Under the pieces are notes generated by a model. It had not been told where the DNA came from. It was given only the letters and a program-made list of their open reading frames with translations, and searched no databases. A stretch of DNA of 55,545 bases from Bacillales bacterium UBA3620 (GTDB taxonomy: Bacteria; Bacillota_I; Bacilli_A; RF39; UBA660), in assembly GCA_002375205.1 (NCBI GenBank), contig DFLL01000015.1, positions 1-55,545 of the forward strand. The letters are read 5' to 3'. Below, in pieces: positions 1-13,881 of this stretch. Both the position numbers and the translations under genes were made by a program. Every line of letters starts with the position of its first letter. Positions within the stretch are counted from its first letter, which is position 1.

Positions 1-298
1 CTTTTTCATTCTTTTTTTTATTTGAAAATGTTTAATTTTTAATTATGCTATTCATTTAAATGAGCTAATTTTTTTCTAATATGATGTCATTGTTTTATAT
101 GCTTTTGTATTTATTTTTCATGTAATATCTTTTTATGTTTATTATTGTAAGAAAATCTTCACGAGAATATTTATCTAATATTATATTTAATATATTTGAT
201 GAGTAAATATCATCTTTTTGATTATTCATTTCATTTGTAGTATTGAAACTATGTGTTATTTATGGTATCATTTTGATATATGAGAATGAGAGGTATTT

Positions 299-709
299 AT
301 GAAAATGTTTAATCAGATGTTAAAATTTTTTGGGGTATCAGTGCTTGGGTGGATAATTGATTTTTCCATATATAATTTACTTATATTTTTATTTGATATA
401 AATATAGTTTTAATTAATATTATTAGTTCTTTAATAGGAGTAACTTTTATCTTTATATTTTCTACTAGAAAAATATTTATAAATAATGGAAAAATTGATA
501 TTAGATTTAAGTATATTATCTATATTTTTTATCAGGTAGTATTGATTTTATTTGTTTCTAGATTATTGCCTATATTAAAAGATTTTTTGTTATCTTTTGA
601 TAATTCTGTTATTACTAATTATTCTAATGCAATTGCTAAGGTAATGGTAACTCCTATTACTGCTTCTGTTAATTTTATTGTTATGAAATCTGTTATTGAG
701 AAATTATAA
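299..709 (+). CDS. GtrA family membrane protein
   Basis: 136 aa, about 4 hydrophobic segments; 'QMLKFFGVSVLGWIIDFSIY' and C-terminal 'AKV...VNF' match the GtrA pattern; RBS gagagg. Confidence 0.8.
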   Translation: MKMFNQMLKFFGVSVLGWIIDFSIYNLLIFLFDINIVLINIISSLIGVTFIFIFSTRKIFINNGKIDIRFKYIIYIFYQVVLILFVSRLLPILKDFLLSFDNSVITNYSNAIAKVMVTPITASVNFIVMKSVIEKL

Positions 710-719
710 TTTAAACTGA

Positions 720-748
720 TTGACGTTGTTTTAGTTACATGTTATACT
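720..748 (+). promoter_or_regulatory. sigma-A-type promoter of rubrerythrin
   Basis: TTGACG-17 nt-TATACT with TGn extension. Confidence 0.6.
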
Positions 749-774
749 TAATTAGTAAGGAAGGAATGATGTAA

Positions 775-1314
775 ATGGAATTAAAAGGTAGTAAAACGGA
801 AGCTAATTTAATGGTAGCTTTTGCTGGTGAATCTCAGGCTAGAAATAAGTATACTTATTTTGCTTCTAAGGCTAAAAAGGATGGTTATGAACAGATAGCT
901 GCGATTTTTTTAGAAACTGCTGAAAACGAAAAAGAACACGCTAAAATGTGGTTTAAAGAGTTAAATGGAGGAGAAATACCTAATACAATGGATAATTTAC
1001 TAGCAGCCGCTGAAGGTGAAAATTACGAATGGACAGATATGTATAAAGGATTTGCAGAGACAGCTAGGGAAGAAGGATTTACTAGAATTGCTTATTTATT
1101 TGAAGAAGTAGGTAAGATCGAGAAAGAGCATGAGGAAAGATATAGAAAACTTTTAGATAATGTTAAGGGTGATTTGGTGTTTTCTAAAGATGGAGATAGA
1201 ATTTGGAAATGTAGAAATTGTGGACATATTGTGATTGGAAAAGAAGCTCCTAATATGTGTCCTGTATGCAATCATCCAAGATCTTATTTTGAAATTAAAG
1301 CTGAAAATTATTAA
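775..1314 (+). CDS. rbr: rubrerythrin
   Basis: [12 protein letters not shown], ExxH diiron motifs (EKEHA, EKEHE), C-terminal rubredoxin CRNC...CPVC. Confidence 0.95.
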   Translation: MELKGSKTEANLMVAFAGESQARNKYTYFASKAKKDGYEQIAAIFLETAENEKEHAKMWFKELNGGEIPNTMDNLLAAAEGENYEWTDMYKGFAETAREEGFTRIAYLFEEVGKIEKEHEERYRKLLDNVKGDLVFSKDGDRIWKCRNCGHIVIGKEAPNMCPVCNHPRSYFEIKAENY

Positions 1315-1328
1315 TTTGTAAGGTAATC

Positions 1329-1802
1329 ATGAATAATGATTATCTTTTTTTCATATTATTTAGTGTGATGATTATGAGAAAGATTGATTTTAAAAGATTA
1401 GCTATGTATATAGCATTACCTTTGGGACTTGGTATTATTGTTGGTTTATTAACTAGTTCAGAAAGCGCTAATTATGGAGGACCGATACCTGGATGGATAT
1501 TTCCTGTTGTTTGGAGTATTTTATACGTATTAATGGGAATATCTAGTTATTTGGTAAGTTACAATAAAGAACTTCTTAAGATTTATTATCTTAATTTGGC
1601 AGTTAACTTGTTGTGGCCAATTATTTTCTTTAATTTAGGACTTAAAACTTTTGCCTTTTTTTGGATATTATTTCTTATTATAATTGTTGGCATAATGATA
1701 TATAGATTCTATAAAGAAAATAAATTGTCGGCATATTTACTTATTCCATATATTATATGGCTTGTATTTGCTGCATTTCTTAATTTATCAATGATAAAAT
1801 AA
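1329..1802 (+). CDS. tspO: TspO/MBR family tryptophan-rich sensory protein (true start possibly ~1368-1374)
   Basis: PGWIFPVVWSILYVLMGIS, NLLWPIIFF, LLIPYIIWLVFAAFLN motifs. Confidence 0.9.
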   Translation: MNNDYLFFILFSVMIMRKIDFKRLAMYIALPLGLGIIVGLLTSSESANYGGPIPGWIFPVVWSILYVLMGISSYLVSYNKELLKIYYLNLAVNLLWPIIFFNLGLKTFAFFWILFLIIIVGIMIYRFYKENKLSAYLLIPYIIWLVFAAFLNLSMIK

Positions 1803-1823
1803 AAAATGTAATTATCTAATTAT

Positions 1824-1867
1824 TAGTGCATATAATATATTAGGTATGCACTATTTTGATTTTTTTT
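1824..1867 (+). terminator. intrinsic terminator after tspO
   Basis: tagtgcata...tatgcacta stem followed by T runs. Confidence 0.55.
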
Positions 1868-1887
1868 AAAAAATTACAAAAAAAGTC

Positions 1888-2224
1888 TTTACATAAATTC
1901 CAATAAGTGTTATTATACATTACAGCGATGCAGATAATGGGTATTGCTAAATAAATGTATCATAAAAAAATAATAAAAAAAATCAAAAAAAGACTTTACA
2001 AAAATAAAATAAAGTGTTATGATACATTACATGTGATGAGGAAATGATCTCAATCACAATTGTGTCTTTGAAAAATGGAAACATTTTAACAAATAGTGCA
2101 TATAATTATAATGTAGTATTTAAAGCATTGTTAAATTGTTTTTTATTTTGCTCTTTTATGAAAATAAAAAATGTAAAAAAAAAATAAAAAAATGGTTGAC
2201 AATGTCGATGATATCTGTTATATT
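1888..2224 (+). promoter_or_regulatory. three tandem rRNA promoters
   Basis: TTTACA-17-TATTAT (1888-1916), TTTACA-17-TATGAT (1995-2023), TTGACA-17-TATATT (2196-2224); each has a TGn extension and an upstream A-tract (UP element). Confidence 0.75.
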
Positions 2225-2253
2225 ATTAATGCACTGCAAAAAGGTGCAAAGAA

Positions 2254-2298
2254 AAAGTTCTTTGAAAACTAAGCAAAATGTCAATTTGAGTAGCTAGG
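2254..2298 (+). promoter_or_regulatory. rRNA leader boxA / RNase III processing-stem arm
   Basis: gttctttgaaaact repeated in the ITS (~3971); leader arm is complementary to ~3917-3958, and the ITS arm ~3966-3995 is complementary to ~7019-7049. Confidence 0.75.
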
Positions 2299-2329
2299 AA
2301 ATTATAACTTATTAAGATTAAAATTTATT

Positions 2330-3894
<1,565 letters not shown>

Positions 3895-4066
3895 ATGGAG
3901 AAATAGAAAAATCGTATCTAGCTACTTGTATATTTTGCTTGGTTTTGAGAGAATTTTTTCTCTCAAAATAGTTCTTTGAAAACTTGATAATGTGTAGTCT
4001 TATCGTAGTCGCGATAAGACGATTAAGATTTTTAAAATCTCAATCAAATTAGGATAATAATTATGG

Positions 4067-6995
<2,929 letters not shown>

Positions 6996-7064
6996 TATAT
7001 TATTTTAATTTGGTTTGAAACACATTATCATGTTTTCAGGGAACTATTTAATTTTATTATTTTT

Positions 7065-7174
7065 ATACTGGTGATTTTTGCGAAGTGGTCCACCTGTTCC
7101 CATACCGAACACAGAAGTTAAGCACTTCAGCGCCGAAGATAGTGATTTTCGCTAAAATAGGACGTTGCCAGTAT
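7065..7174 (+). rRNA. rrf: 5S rRNA (short, ~110 nt)
   Basis: cacctgttcccataccgaacacagaagttaag core; terminal stem atactgg/ccagtat. Confidence 0.97.
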
Positions 7175-7277
7175 TTTTTTTATTTTTGAAAAGTTATACT
7201 TTTCTTTTTTTTCTATTGCATGCTTTGTTATTTTATGCTATACTAACTTCAGAATAGAGAGTATTGGAGGCTAGATT

Positions 7278-8225
7278 ATGAATAATTTTTTTGTTTCAGT
7301 GGATATTTTAAATTCTGTTGCTTATAATTGTTATTCTTTGGTTGCTTTCAATTTTAATAATTCTAGTTATTTGATTTATTATTCTCCTGAAGAAGCTAAT
7401 AAGTGTAAGATGTTTATTTCTAAGTTAAATTTTGTTGATGAAAATTGTTATTTTATTTCTGATATAGATAATAGTGATAAAGAAATTCTTAATAATATTG
7501 GATACAATATTGTTGTTTCGTTTCCGTCGTCTTATACTAAGGAATCTGATATTAATAAGTTATTTAATGATTTTGAGGATAAGAATTGTATTTCTTTTTT
7601 TGATAAAGTTCCTTTACTTAATGAACAAAAGTTGTGTAGAAATTCTTTTTTAGCTCGTTCTAATATTGATGGAATTATAAGTATTAAGACTTTTTATGAC
7701 AAGTGTTTAGCTATTAGATCATTTAATAAAAAAAGGGATAATTTATTTTTGAAAAATTCTATTTCGATTTCTGATGTTGGAAAAGGATTTGTTTCTGAGG
7801 CAGTTGGTGTTTCAAATAATCAAATTTCTGACTTAGGAAATATTAGTTCGATAATTAGTATTCCTAATAAAAATAGTGCTGTTCAAAATGATTCTAATAC
7901 ATCTGCAGACATAAATAATACGATTTTAAATCCATTTGATTTTCAAATAGTTGGTGATCCATTTATTAATACTCCAAATTTTGTTTCTGGTAATGATAAT
8001 CATTCTAGTGATTTTTATAGTAATCAATCAGATTTTAACTCAGATCCTACTAGACAAATTTTATATACTGATGGTATTAAAAATAAATCTAATGATGATA
8101 ATTTTTCAGATTTAAAGAAAAATGCTGGCTTTGCCAGCAGTGGATATATTATCATTGGAAGTATTTGTCTTACATTAGCCGCTATTATTGTGGCTATATC
8201 TATTGTTCTTGTAAAGAATTTATAA
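7278..8225 (+). CDS. hypothetical protein, weakly DUF1292-like N-terminus, low-complexity linker, C-terminal membrane anchor
   Basis: 315 aa ORF with RBS ggagg and TGnTATACT upstream; hydrophobic C-terminus. Confidence 0.7.
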   Translation: MNNFFVSVDILNSVAYNCYSLVAFNFNNSSYLIYYSPEEANKCKMFISKLNFVDENCYFISDIDNSDKEILNNIGYNIVVSFPSSYTKESDINKLFNDFEDKNCISFFDKVPLLNEQKLCRNSFLARSNIDGIISIKTFYDKCLAIRSFNKKRDNLFLKNSISISDVGKGFVSEAVGVSNNQISDLGNISSIISIPNKNSAVQNDSNTSADINNTILNPFDFQIVGDPFINTPNFVSGNDNHSSDFYSNQSDFNSDPTRQILYTDGIKNKSNDDNFSDLKKNAGFASSGYIIIGSICLTLAAIIVAISIVLVKNL

Positions 8226-8829
8226 TATTCTTTTTTGAATAAATACATCCACAATAATTTTGTCTGTATAGATTATATTTTTGCGAAAGCATGATGGATT
8301 TTTTATATCCATCTTTTTTTTTGAAATCAGAATATAGCCATTTTATTTTATATTTTTGTTCCATTTCTTCTCCAATTTTATTTATTAGATTTGCATTTTT
8401 ATATGGACTTACAGATAATGTTGTACAAAAATAATCATAATTATTTTCTTTTGCTATATTAGCGGTTTTTTCAATGCGAAGTTTATAACATACTTCACAT
8501 CTTTTACCTCTTTCTGGTTCCATTTCTAATCCTTTAATTTTTTCTTCATATAAATTATTATCATAGTCACAGTCCATTATATCAATGTTATTTTTGCTTT
8601 TACTATTTAATAATTCAATTATTTTTATTTGTTCATTTTTTCTTTTAATATATTCTTCATATGGAGAAATATTTGGATTATAATATAAAACAGTTATATC
8701 AAAATAATTTGTTAAATATGTAATTACATAGCTACTACAAGGACCACAACAGCTGTGTAGTAGTAATTTTTTTTTCTCTTTTAATTCGTTTAATATTTGT
8801 TCACATTTGTTACTATAGTTTTCTTTCAT
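8200..8829 (-). CDS. queH: epoxyqueuosine reductase QueH (DUF208)
   Basis: LLLHSCCGPCS, YNPNI, RCEVCY, YRQNYCGC motifs. Confidence 0.93.
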   Translation of the reverse strand: MKENYSNKCEQILNELKEKKKLLLHSCCGPCSSYVITYLTNYFDITVLYYNPNISPYEEYIKRKNEQIKIIELLNSKSKNNIDIMDCDYDNNLYEEKIKGLEMEPERGKRCEVCYKLRIEKTANIAKENNYDYFCTTLSVSPYKNANLINKIGEEMEQKYKIKWLYSDFKKKDGYKKSIMLSQKYNLYRQNYCGCIYSKKNIINSLQEQ

Positions 8830-8944
8830 TTTTTCTCCTTTTTGGCATATATATTATATCATGACTGATATTTATTAACAATCTTTTTATTTGTTCTTGT
8901 TTATTTTTTGTGTTTTTGATATACTTTATTAGAGGAGTTGAATT

Positions 8945-9436
8945 ATGAAGGTGGGAAAAGGTATTAAAAATTATATTATACTTGCTATAATTATTTTTAT
9001 TTCAGTTATCGTTGTCATTTATTTTTATTTGTGGCATCGTGCTTATGAAAAAGAAAAGCTTAATATATCACCAGTTAGTGAATATCTTAAGGTAATTCAT
9101 TATAATGAGCTTGATAATTATTTGACTGAAAACAAAGATGCTATTATATATGTATCTAAATTAAATGATAATAAAATATATGATTTTGAAAAAAAATTTA
9201 GAAGGTTTATTAATAAGTATTCATTTAATAATAATATTCTTTATTTAGATATTACAACTGAATTAGATAATAATAATATATTTGGTGATATTAAGAGCAG
9301 GTATGGCATTAATGTTCCATATATCTTAATTATTAGTAATGGAGAAGTAGAATCTAAATATAATATTAAAGATAATAATTATAGTATTAATTTGCTTAAA
9401 GATTATTTTATAAGTGAGGGATTAATTTATGATTAA
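8945..9436 (+). CDS. membrane-anchored thioredoxin-fold-like protein without CxxC
   Basis: N-terminal TM then 'ELDNYLTEN..AIIYVS', 'ILYLD', 'VPYILII' thioredoxin-like pattern. Confidence 0.6.
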   Translation: MKVGKGIKNYIILAIIIFISVIVVIYFYLWHRAYEKEKLNISPVSEYLKVIHYNELDNYLTENKDAIIYVSKLNDNKIYDFEKKFRRFINKYSFNNNILYLDITTELDNNNIFGDIKSRYGINVPYILIISNGEVESKYNIKDNNYSINLLKDYFISEGLIYD

Positions 9437-9938
9437 TATCGTGTTATATGAACCTGAAATACCTGAAAATACTGGTAATATTATGAGAACATGTGCTGCG
9501 ACTAATGCTAAACTTCATTTAATTGAACCTTTTGGTTTTATTTTTGATATGAATAGACTTAAAAGAAGTGGTGTTAATTATATTGATAAAGTTGATTATT
9601 CAACTTATTTGGATTATGAAGACTTTTTAAGTAAGAATAAGGGGACATTTTATTATTTTACAAGATATGGTACTAAGCCTTATAGTGACATTGATTTTTC
9701 TAATGTTGATGAACCAATATATTTAATATTTGGAAAGGAGAGTACAGGTATTCCTAAAGAAATACTACATAATAATATTAGTAAGTGTTATAGAATACCT
9801 ACTAGTGATAATGTTAGGGCCCTTAATTTATCTAACTGTGTTGCTTTGGTTACATATGAGGCATTAAGACAGCAGCATTTTCCGAATTTATTATTAAGTG
9901 ATCCTTTTAAAGGAGAAGACTATTTAAAAACAGAATAG
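9429..9938 (+). CDS. trmL: tRNA (cytidine(34)-2'-O)-methyltransferase
   Basis: IVLYEPEIPENTGNIMRTCA, FGKESTG, RALNLSN SPOUT motifs. Confidence 0.95.
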   Translation: MINIVLYEPEIPENTGNIMRTCAATNAKLHLIEPFGFIFDMNRLKRSGVNYIDKVDYSTYLDYEDFLSKNKGTFYYFTRYGTKPYSDIDFSNVDEPIYLIFGKESTGIPKEILHNNISKCYRIPTSDNVRALNLSNCVALVTYEALRQQHFPNLLLSDPFKGEDYLKTE

Positions 9939-9963
9939 CAACAATGAGTGCCATTCTGTTTTT
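9926..9963. terminator. bidirectional hairpin overlapping the trmL stop
   Basis: aaaaacagaat ... attctgttttt inverted repeat. Confidence 0.55.
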
Positions 9964-10151
9964 ATATTTGTGTCAGCATGAATATAAATGTAGTATTGTT
10001 AAGACCAAAGTATTAACTGTTATGCAAGAATGGAAAGATGATTTGAACTAAACTGTGGTTTTATATAATATTTTAATAAAATGAGAAAAATATCTTTATT
10101 TTTCTTAAAAAAAATGGTATATTTATATAGAGTAGACTAGTGGAGGTTATT

Positions 10152-10844
10152 ATGAAGAAGAATATGTTTTTAGTATTTATAATAATGTTTTTTTGTTTAC
10201 TTATTAGTTATGCTAATGCTGATTGCACAAAGACAGAAATTAACCTTTTAAAAAAAGATGCGGAAAAAATTAGGGTTTTTTATAAGCATTTGGGTGCGAT
10301 TGATAGTGGCGATGAGTTTATTGTTTATGATAGATTTGATATTACTTTTAAAAATGTTGATGATGACTTTTATATTGAAGAGAATAGCCTTGCATATAAA
10401 AATAGTCCTAAAAATGGTGTAATTACTGATACTTTTGTTACTGGAACGTGGAATTTTAATATTGTCTCAACTAAATGTAATACTAAAATTCATTCAATTA
10501 AAGTTGTCCTTCCGAAATTTAATGTTTATTCTCTTGATCCATTATGTGAAGATATTGATGGTGACGATTTTGTTTTGTGTAGTAAATATTATAGTGGTAA
10601 TGTTTCATATGATTATTTTAAAAATAAAGTTTTAGAATATAAAAGTGCGTATAAGAGGAATTCTGAAGAAATTGATAATGAAAACAGTAGTTATAAATAT
10701 AATATTTCTTATTATTTAAAAAATATGTATGATTTTATTATTAAAAATGGGATTTATTTTTCCTTTGGATTTGCTTTTATAGTTATTGCAATCGTAGTTT
10801 TGGTAATACATATTAAAAGAAGTAAAAGGGGTGTTTTAAAATGA
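10152..10844 (+). CDS. secreted, C-terminally anchored Cys-containing protein; first gene of the Tad/T4SS block
   Basis: RBS ggagg before ATG 10152; signal peptide ending ANA; C-terminal TM plus basic tail; overlaps next gene. Confidence 0.75.
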   Translation: MKKNMFLVFIIMFFCLLISYANADCTKTEINLLKKDAEKIRVFYKHLGAIDSGDEFIVYDRFDITFKNVDDDFYIEENSLAYKNSPKNGVITDTFVTGTWNFNIVSTKCNTKIHSIKVVLPKFNVYSLDPLCEDIDGDDFVLCSKYYSGNVSYDYFKNKVLEYKSAYKRNSEEIDNENSSYKYNISYYLKNMYDFIIKNGIYFSFGFAFIVIAIVVLVIHIKRSKRGVLK

Positions 10845-12892
10845 AAATGAAAAAATATCTCTTTGTAATTGCTTTCATTGTTAGTATTTTATTTACAAAT
10901 AAAGTTTATGCTTCTATAGGGGAAGTTAGATATCAAGTTACTGATGTTATTATAAATGAGAAAACTATTACTTTTAAAGGTTGGGCTTTTATTCATCAAA
11001 CAAATAATTATAGGAATGTTAAAAGACTAACTAAGAATGGAAAAACTTTGATAGAGAGTGATGATATTATAGATAGTAATGGTGGTCAGAAAGTAAAAAT
11101 ATATGCTTATGATGATAATGAGGTTATTGCTAGCGAAGAATATTCTGGTGGTAGTTCTAATGAAATTAATTATAATTTTACTAGTAATATGTTTTATGAA
11201 TATAAAAATGACGTTGATTCATATTTTGTTGATGATTATAATAGCGGCATAAATGGTAAAATGGATTGTAGAGAACGCAACTGCTACTATAAAGATTTGT
11301 ATTTTGAAGTTACTTTTGATATTAAAAGTAATTGGTATAATAAGAATATTCATTTTAAGATTTCTGTTACTAATAATGATTTTAGTAATTTGTGCGCAAA
11401 AGGAAAAGCTTCTAATTGTGATAATGGGTATACAAAACGGTTGGATTTGTTTGTATTAAATGATAAGTATGATGGTGTTAGTATAAAGAACAATGCTCCT
11501 GAATTGATAGAAATTGTTTCAAATAGTAAGAGCAATAAGGTAAAATTTTTAGCAGAAACTGCTGTTTTATATAATAGTAAGTGGGATAGAATTATTTTTT
11601 CTGATCCGTATGGAGAAATAGGTAGTAATTTTTATGTTGAAAAATATGAAAAAGAGAGTGCTATTAATGCAAAAAACATTATAAGTAATGCTATTGGAAC
11701 TGGAAAGTTTTTTCTCTATAGTTCTGGAACTAAAGATTGTACTGGCAATAATGCTGGTAAAGGGCGTCAATGTTATTTTGGATCAAATAGTTCTACTGGT
11801 AAATTAGTTGGAGCTTGGAGTTCATGGGTAGTTCCTACTGGTGAAACTTCATTTAGAATTAAGGCTAATGATAATAAACTTTGTCCGGTTACTGGATTAA
11901 AAACTGGCGACAATATATTGTCTTGCAATAATGAACAGAGTATGGTAAGTGAATGTGAAGAATTAACTGTTAAAGATGATAATGGTAGAAAGGCAATTGT
12001 TAGGGTTAAGCAGAGTGGTACTTTTGCTAATATTTTATCTCCAACTGAAAAATATAATGGTGGTGGCATTAAATTTGGACTTTTATATTATAATAGGGTT
12101 GAGTTTAATTTTGTAAGTGGTGATTCAAATATTGATATTAATACTATTATGAGAGATAGAATTGATAATGGTAATAATATTAGTTTATCTAATGTAAAAA
12201 TAGGAAATATTAATGTTGATAATAATATTTATAAAAGATGTGAACAAAAAATTAGTAATAATTATGTAGAAACAGTTTGCTTGTTTCATTTTACACCACA
12301 AGTTGTTAATAGTGATGGCTCTATTAGTGATGTAAATAATGCTAGTTATGATAATGGAATTAATAATAAATTCTATTTACCATTGGCGTATAATTCTGTT
12401 TATAGATTGTCTGGTAGTTTAATAAATGCTAGTATATTAAGTAAAAGTAAAGCTATAAATGATACTTCTGGAAGAAGTAAGGTTTGGTTTGGAGATAAAT
12501 GGGATAAAATTGATTTATCTAATAGTGATAGTTGTGATATATATGTCTATAAACTTGGACCTGGGACAATTAATAATAATGTTGAAGATAATGTTGTAGA
12601 TGATAATGACAATGGTAATAATAGTTCATCTAAAATTATTTATAATTATGTATATAGACCTATTGATTTGAATAATCCATTTCCTGGTAATAATCGATTT
12701 GTTGGATTAAATTGGTATAATTATGATGCTGATAGGCTTAGAAATGCATATAGTAATTTGCAATATAGTGTTGTACTTAATAATTATAGTGTTGGTAAAA
12801 TTAAATCATATAATAAAGAAAATAGTTACTTTGATTTTGATTTTGAAAGGTTTATTAATGAGACTGGAATAAAAGTAGGTGGTAATGAATGA
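10841..12892 (+). CDS. large secreted Asn/Cys-rich protein, putative pilus-associated adhesin
   Basis: 683 aa, signal peptide ending VYA, multiple Cys, C-terminal YRPIDLNNPFP motif; 4-nt overlaps with both neighbours. Confidence 0.7.
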   Translation: MKMKKYLFVIAFIVSILFTNKVYASIGEVRYQVTDVIINEKTITFKGWAFIHQTNNYRNVKRLTKNGKTLIESDDIIDSNGGQKVKIYAYDDNEVIASEEYSGGSSNEINYNFTSNMFYEYKNDVDSYFVDDYNSGINGKMDCRERNCYYKDLYFEVTFDIKSNWYNKNIHFKISVTNNDFSNLCAKGKASNCDNGYTKRLDLFVLNDKYDGVSIKNNAPELIEIVSNSKSNKVKFLAETAVLYNSKWDRIIFSDPYGEIGSNFYVEKYEKESAINAKNIISNAIGTGKFFLYSSGTKDCTGNNAGKGRQCYFGSNSSTGKLVGAWSSWVVPTGETSFRIKANDNKLCPVTGLKTGDNILSCNNEQSMVSECEELTVKDDNGRKAIVRVKQSGTFANILSPTEKYNGGGIKFGLLYYNRVEFNFVSGDSNIDINTIMRDRIDNGNNISLSNVKIGNINVDNNIYKRCEQKISNNYVETVCLFHFTPQVVNSDGSISDVNNASYDNGINNKFYLPLAYNSVYRLSGSLINASILSKSKAINDTSGRSKVWFGDKWDKIDLSNSDSCDIYVYKLGPGTINNNVEDNVVDDNDNGNNSSSKIIYNYVYRPIDLNNPFPGNNRFVGLNWYNYDADRLRNAYSNLQYSVVLNNYSVGKIKSYNKENSYFDFDFERFINETGIKVGGNE

Positions 12893-13854
12893 AATGGTCA
12901 TTTACTTCTGTTGGTCTAATTATGTTTGGAATTATCGGGGCCGCTATTATAATATTATTTCAAAATCTTACTACTAATAATGAAAATGACTACTATTTGT
13001 TAAAGGAAGTTACTGAGGCTTCAATTTTTGATGCGATAGATTATAAGGCTTATAGAGAAACCGGACGGCTTAAAATAAAAGAAAAAGTTTTTGTTGAAAG
13101 TTTTACAAGAAGATTTGCTGAATCGACTTTATTTGATGGCAGTTCTTATACTATTAAAATGTTTGATATAATGGAAAGTCCACCGAAAGTCACAATACTA
13201 ATTGATAATGGTATTGGAAAATATACTATATATGATGATACTTCTGATTATAATGTTGTTAATTCTTTAAGTGGTATATTGGAATATAATAATTCAAAAA
13301 TAATTAATGTTAAAGATAACTCTATGTTTTATATTGGAAATGAAGGGGGACTTGGGGAAAATAGTAAAAGTAGTATAACTGGTAGTTATCATAGTAAGAT
13401 GTATGAAAGAGATTATTATTCTTTTATTGGAATAAATAATGGTAATGATATTAATTTTAAACAGATTTTAAAAGTTCCAGATGTCTTAGATGTTCAGGGT
13501 GGTCTAATTAAAATTATCGGAGCTAATGTACTTGAGGGTCCTAGTATTGTTTCTGGTAATTTTAATGAAAATGTTCTTAATGCTTTATTGAAAAGGGATA
13601 TTGATTGGTCTTTATCAGAAAATGGCGAGACAAATTATTTTGACTATGATTTTTATAATGGTGATAATTATTTTTTTGGCAATCTTAATGTATTGGATAT
13701 TAATGATATAAAATTATGTGATATTGGGTTTGATACTAGATGCAATGGTACTAATACTTTTGCGTTTAGTTGGAAAGGTAATATTGATAATAATGGTAAA
13801 AAAATACTATTTGTTAAATATAAGATTGGCTGGCATTATGAAATATTTGAATAA
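12889..13854 (+). CDS. DUF5411-like pilin-like (TadE/G-type) protein with C-terminal extension
   Basis: N-terminal hydrophobic helix continuing into amphipathic 'DYYLLKEVTEASIFDAID...FVESFTRRFAE'; position upstream of cpaB. Confidence 0.65.
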   Translation: MKWSFTSVGLIMFGIIGAAIIILFQNLTTNNENDYYLLKEVTEASIFDAIDYKAYRETGRLKIKEKVFVESFTRRFAESTLFDGSSYTIKMFDIMESPPKVTILIDNGIGKYTIYDDTSDYNVVNSLSGILEYNNSKIINVKDNSMFYIGNEGGLGENSKSSITGSYHSKMYERDYYSFIGINNGNDINFKQILKVPDVLDVQGGLIKIIGANVLEGPSIVSGNFNENVLNALLKRDIDWSLSENGETNYFDYDFYNGDNYFFGNLNVLDINDIKLCDIGFDTRCNGTNTFAFSWKGNIDNNGKKILFVKYKIGWHYEIFE

Positions 13855-13881
13855 ATTATTTAATAAAAAGGAGGAAGAAAA

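Noticed and set aside
1-298. Possible gene fragment at the window start
   Set aside because: The frames I read on either strand are interrupted by stops and show no recognisable motif.
3895-4066. tRNA in the 16S-23S spacer
   Set aside because: Only processing stems and the hairpin gtcttatcg...cgataagac; no cloverleaf or TTC loop.
8200-8225. 26-nt convergent overlap of queH with the upstream ORF as antisense regulation
   Set aside because: Short tail-to-tail overlaps are common in compact genomes, and nothing else supports a regulatory role.
8830-8944. preQ1 riboswitch upstream of queH
   Set aside because: No recognisable preQ1 stem-loop with A-rich tail; the region looks like a divergent promoter.
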